Source: Lingula anatina (lineage: Eukaryota > Animalia > Brachiopoda). Taken from it: a stretch of DNA of 64,000 nt. The DNA is taken from NCBI GenBank assembly GCA_051362555.1, contig CM120641.1, forward strand, positions 25,178,401 through 25,242,400, given 5' to 3'. Under the pieces are notes generated by a model. That model was not told the origin of the DNA, did no database searches, and saw only the letters and a list, made by a program, of their open reading frames with translations. This document shows positions 60,821-64,000 of the stretch, piece after piece (within the stretch, counting starts at the first letter, position 1; each line of letters begins with the position of its first letter). Both the position numbers and the translations under genes were made by a program.

Positions 60821-62601
60821 TATCAGTATAAATGCTAATTGTTTGGTATGATATTATTTACTTGTAATTTAAAGGCGAATCCGTCTCGTTATACTCGAGG
60901 AACTATTTTGCAATGCATATTTGACATATGGCACTAATTTCTAGTGGATATACATGTAGACTATGTAATGAACCCCTCTTGTCTGCATTTCCGTTAATGC
61001 CTGGCGTTCGACAAAGACTGATTGCGGTCGTTCCTTTGTGACGCAGGTTGTCAGTTCTCTGTTAGACACGCATTGTATGAGTAGCCTTTAATAATCCTTG
61101 GGTTATCAATTATGCTATCTGTCCTGAAAGCTGGATTATTGTCTATCAGTAATGTATAAAATGAGGAGTAGTGCATATCCAATTGACACGGTTAAGTTCA
61201 GATAAGAAATAATTGGTTAATTTTGATAATGGCTCTTTCAGTCTGCATGACTGGAATCTGAAAAAAAAAGAAAGACAAAAACGACGGCTGCGCTTTTTTC
61301 ATAATAACATATTTAGCATGCGACAATATCCGTGAAGCTTCCTGATACCAAGTAATTGTTTTTAAAAAATATGCTATATCCTTGTGCACACTCATGTTAC
61401 AAGACAGAAGTGATATTTCAGATGGTGTACGATGTGATTGTTTTTTTTCCGCCTTTTCAGTTCCAACTGTAATTTTCTTCCAATGGGTAGTTGCACTGAC
61501 TGTTTTGATAGCCTTTACTTAATAATTGGTTATCTGGCTGCAAAATTAAACTCATCAATGAACTTACTGTCTGATGTGTCCCACTAAGCGGAATCATCAA
61601 AGACTGAATCTCATATTGGGGATGCCAGTTATTCATTTTCTCTGTACAAAGAACATGTACGACGACTAGCATTATCAATCAATTAAACAGGAAATTCTAC
61701 TGGTACGTTAAATCTACCATTAACCGTATTGTTTTATACTTCACACGCCGGCGGATGGCAATTTTGCAACCATGGGATTACAACGGTCTGTTTTAACCTT
61801 TTTTTATATATATGAAATGAACATGTCTAATAGTCTATAAGATAAGAAGTTTGTTTGTTGTTCTACATGTAGAACCTCTGACTTTATGTGTACAATGTAA
61901 AATAACAAATTATTATTATTTGTTACATATGGTGAATCTGCTGACAGAATGAATCTTTGACATAAGTCGATTTCGCGTTCCACGGACTTTGTAGATACAA
62001 TTTGTGAAGATTGGAGGAAAGTTTATCTCTGCTAGTAGGGCCTACAAACTGATGCAAATTGCATTAAAATTGTCGTCAGGTACAGAAAAAAAAAACATCG
62101 GGCTTTCAGACAGCAAATCATCTATGTTGTCATTAAAAGTTGTTGTGTAGGCCTACCGGTCTGTACACCCCCGTCTTCTCCTAAATTCCACCCAAGTAGT
62201 TCCACTTCTCGTTGTCCCCAGAATGTACACTTGATAGTACCATTCCTTTTTGTAAAAAAGTTTTCTGACTGAACATTAAACGAAATTTCACTCGTACATT
62301 CATGATACACTGCTGAAAAGATTCACCATCCCATATTGCAATACGTGTACAAGGTCCCCTAAGTTTGCACACGCAAAATTTAGCTTGTTAATAATGTGTT
62401 AATATGTAGATAACTCACCGTTTTGGCGGACTGCCACCCCCTCTCTTACCCTCCACTAAGGCTGCAGAGTGATTTTCACTTAATATATATATATATATAT
62501 ATTCGCAGATATGTCACTGCTGATTAATTATGTTCACTTTTCTGTGAATATCAGATAAAAAACCAATCCTTGGCCCTGGTAGAGGGTATCCCACCCCAAT
62601 G

Positions 62602-62646
<45 letters not shown>

Positions 62647-63145
62647 ACACTGAATCTACACACGTACTTTTGGAACTCTACTACTCTACAACTCTGTCTC
62701 GAAACTAAGATCGTCCTCCTAAATGACTAGGACGGAAGCGGCAGTCAATGGGTGGAGAGTTTTCGTTTCAATATACTCTACGTTGATGTTGATGGTTTGC
62801 ACAATAGTGACAGAGGTGACCTTGAATGGCTGAATATTGGACACTATCTTTTTCAATTTCAAATCGCTTAATGATGTTGAAGGTAAAAGCCTCATAATTG
62901 GTAAATAAGCATTAAATCTTCTCTGCTCGCATTTTTCAATATGAGCGAAGTACCAACGGATGTTATTTTTTCTTGAAACGCTAACCTGCCGATATACGCT
63001 TGCTGCCCGTACATCTATGAACCATTAGAGTTTAAAAGCCTCTTGCTCTCCAGTCCCCCGTTGAGTAGGTTAATGATTGATGAAGCATTTGCTGGAAATG
63101 ATTGAGTTCGTGCATTGGCAATATTTGAATCTAACAGACGAGATG

Positions 63146-63314
63146 CAGGCCCGTAGCCAATGGCGGGTTCGGGGGGTTCGAAAGAACCGCCCCTTTTGCC
63201 AGGGAAAGGTCCATTTTAGGTAAATTTTGATTTAGGTACACATAAGTTTCATTGTAGAAGGTCCACTTTTTCAGAAAAAGAACCCCCCTTTTGAATTTGC
63301 TGGCTACGGGCCTG
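63146..63314. mobile_element. MITE with CAGGCCCGTAGCCA TIRs
   Basis: Perfect 14-bp TIR; AGATG/AGATC flanks. Confidence 0.75.
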
Positions 63315-64000
63315 AGATCGTTTACCAGATGCCTGAACTGTTATAAGTAAACGTTTAAATCGGCCACTCACCAGTTCAAAAAGTATATAACAAGCAGCAA
63401 ATAAAATCTTTAATAAAAATCCTGGAGATTCCAGAGCCTTTTCTGTCTAAGTTGGTCACAGAATTGCGTCTGCAAAGCCCATTTTTGAAGTCTCACGTCT
63501 TTATTTCCTGTCGTAACAAAGCTACTAGTACTGTATACTAGTAAATTTTGCTATTTACAGTAAAATAGAAAATTTGAACTCGAAAACGGGTTTATAGATC
63601 GTAAATTTACTCAACGGTGTTGGATAAGGCAGGCCTAAAAAGAGAAATTGATTTTCCTTTTTTAAGGCTTAACAGGTTTTTACTGTTCGTGCTATGTATT
63701 CGTATATGCATATATAGAAGTGTTATGTCTTAAGTATATGTTTAAGTTTTATTTTTTTAATTCTCTCAGTTTATTTTAAACATTGAAAAGAAAAAGAAAA
63801 AATAATTGATAAGTATTCATTTTTCATTTACTCGAAACATTGCTTAAATTCATTCCAAAATAAATCGTCTCAGTGCGTGATTATGAATTTCGAATGTCCT
63901 TTTTCAACTAAAGGTTGTATGAGACGGGATACCCCGAAAAGCCCTAATATTGCAGTCATACATTTAACAAAACGAGCTATAATCATTATCATGGTTGGGC

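Noticed and set aside
1-64000. tRNA, rRNA or other structured ncRNA genes
   Set aside because: None recognised by eye; the hairpins seen are explained by transposon termini. A covariance-model scan was not possible.

Overview
AT-rich, intron- and repeat-rich eukaryotic (animal, most likely marine invertebrate) genomic DNA; no prokaryotic features. Bases ~3.8-39.6 kb hold the 3' 24 exons of one large + strand non-classical cadherin gene. All 23 junctions join in frame by hand: 9,992 coding nt, about 3,330 aa, with the N-terminus outside the window. Architecture: fibronectin type III domain, about 24 cadherin repeats, Thr/Ser-rich stalk, one TM helix, and a ~650-aa low-complexity tail with no catenin-binding motif, a poly-Lys patch and a C-terminal ESTF PDZ-type motif. 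Its most unusual property is a 3.75-kb exon encoding cadherin repeat pairs with strictly alternating Ca2+-competent and Ca2+-free linkers. About 5 kb downstream is a largely intronless ZP-domain (cuticlin/vitelline-envelope-like) gene. The rest is Helentron/HINE-like elements, several MITE families, a decayed THAP/ISL2EU-like transposon, Tc1/mariner and LINE relics, and microsatellites. CpG depletion seems to stop near 41 kb. All calls are by eye; no searches were run.
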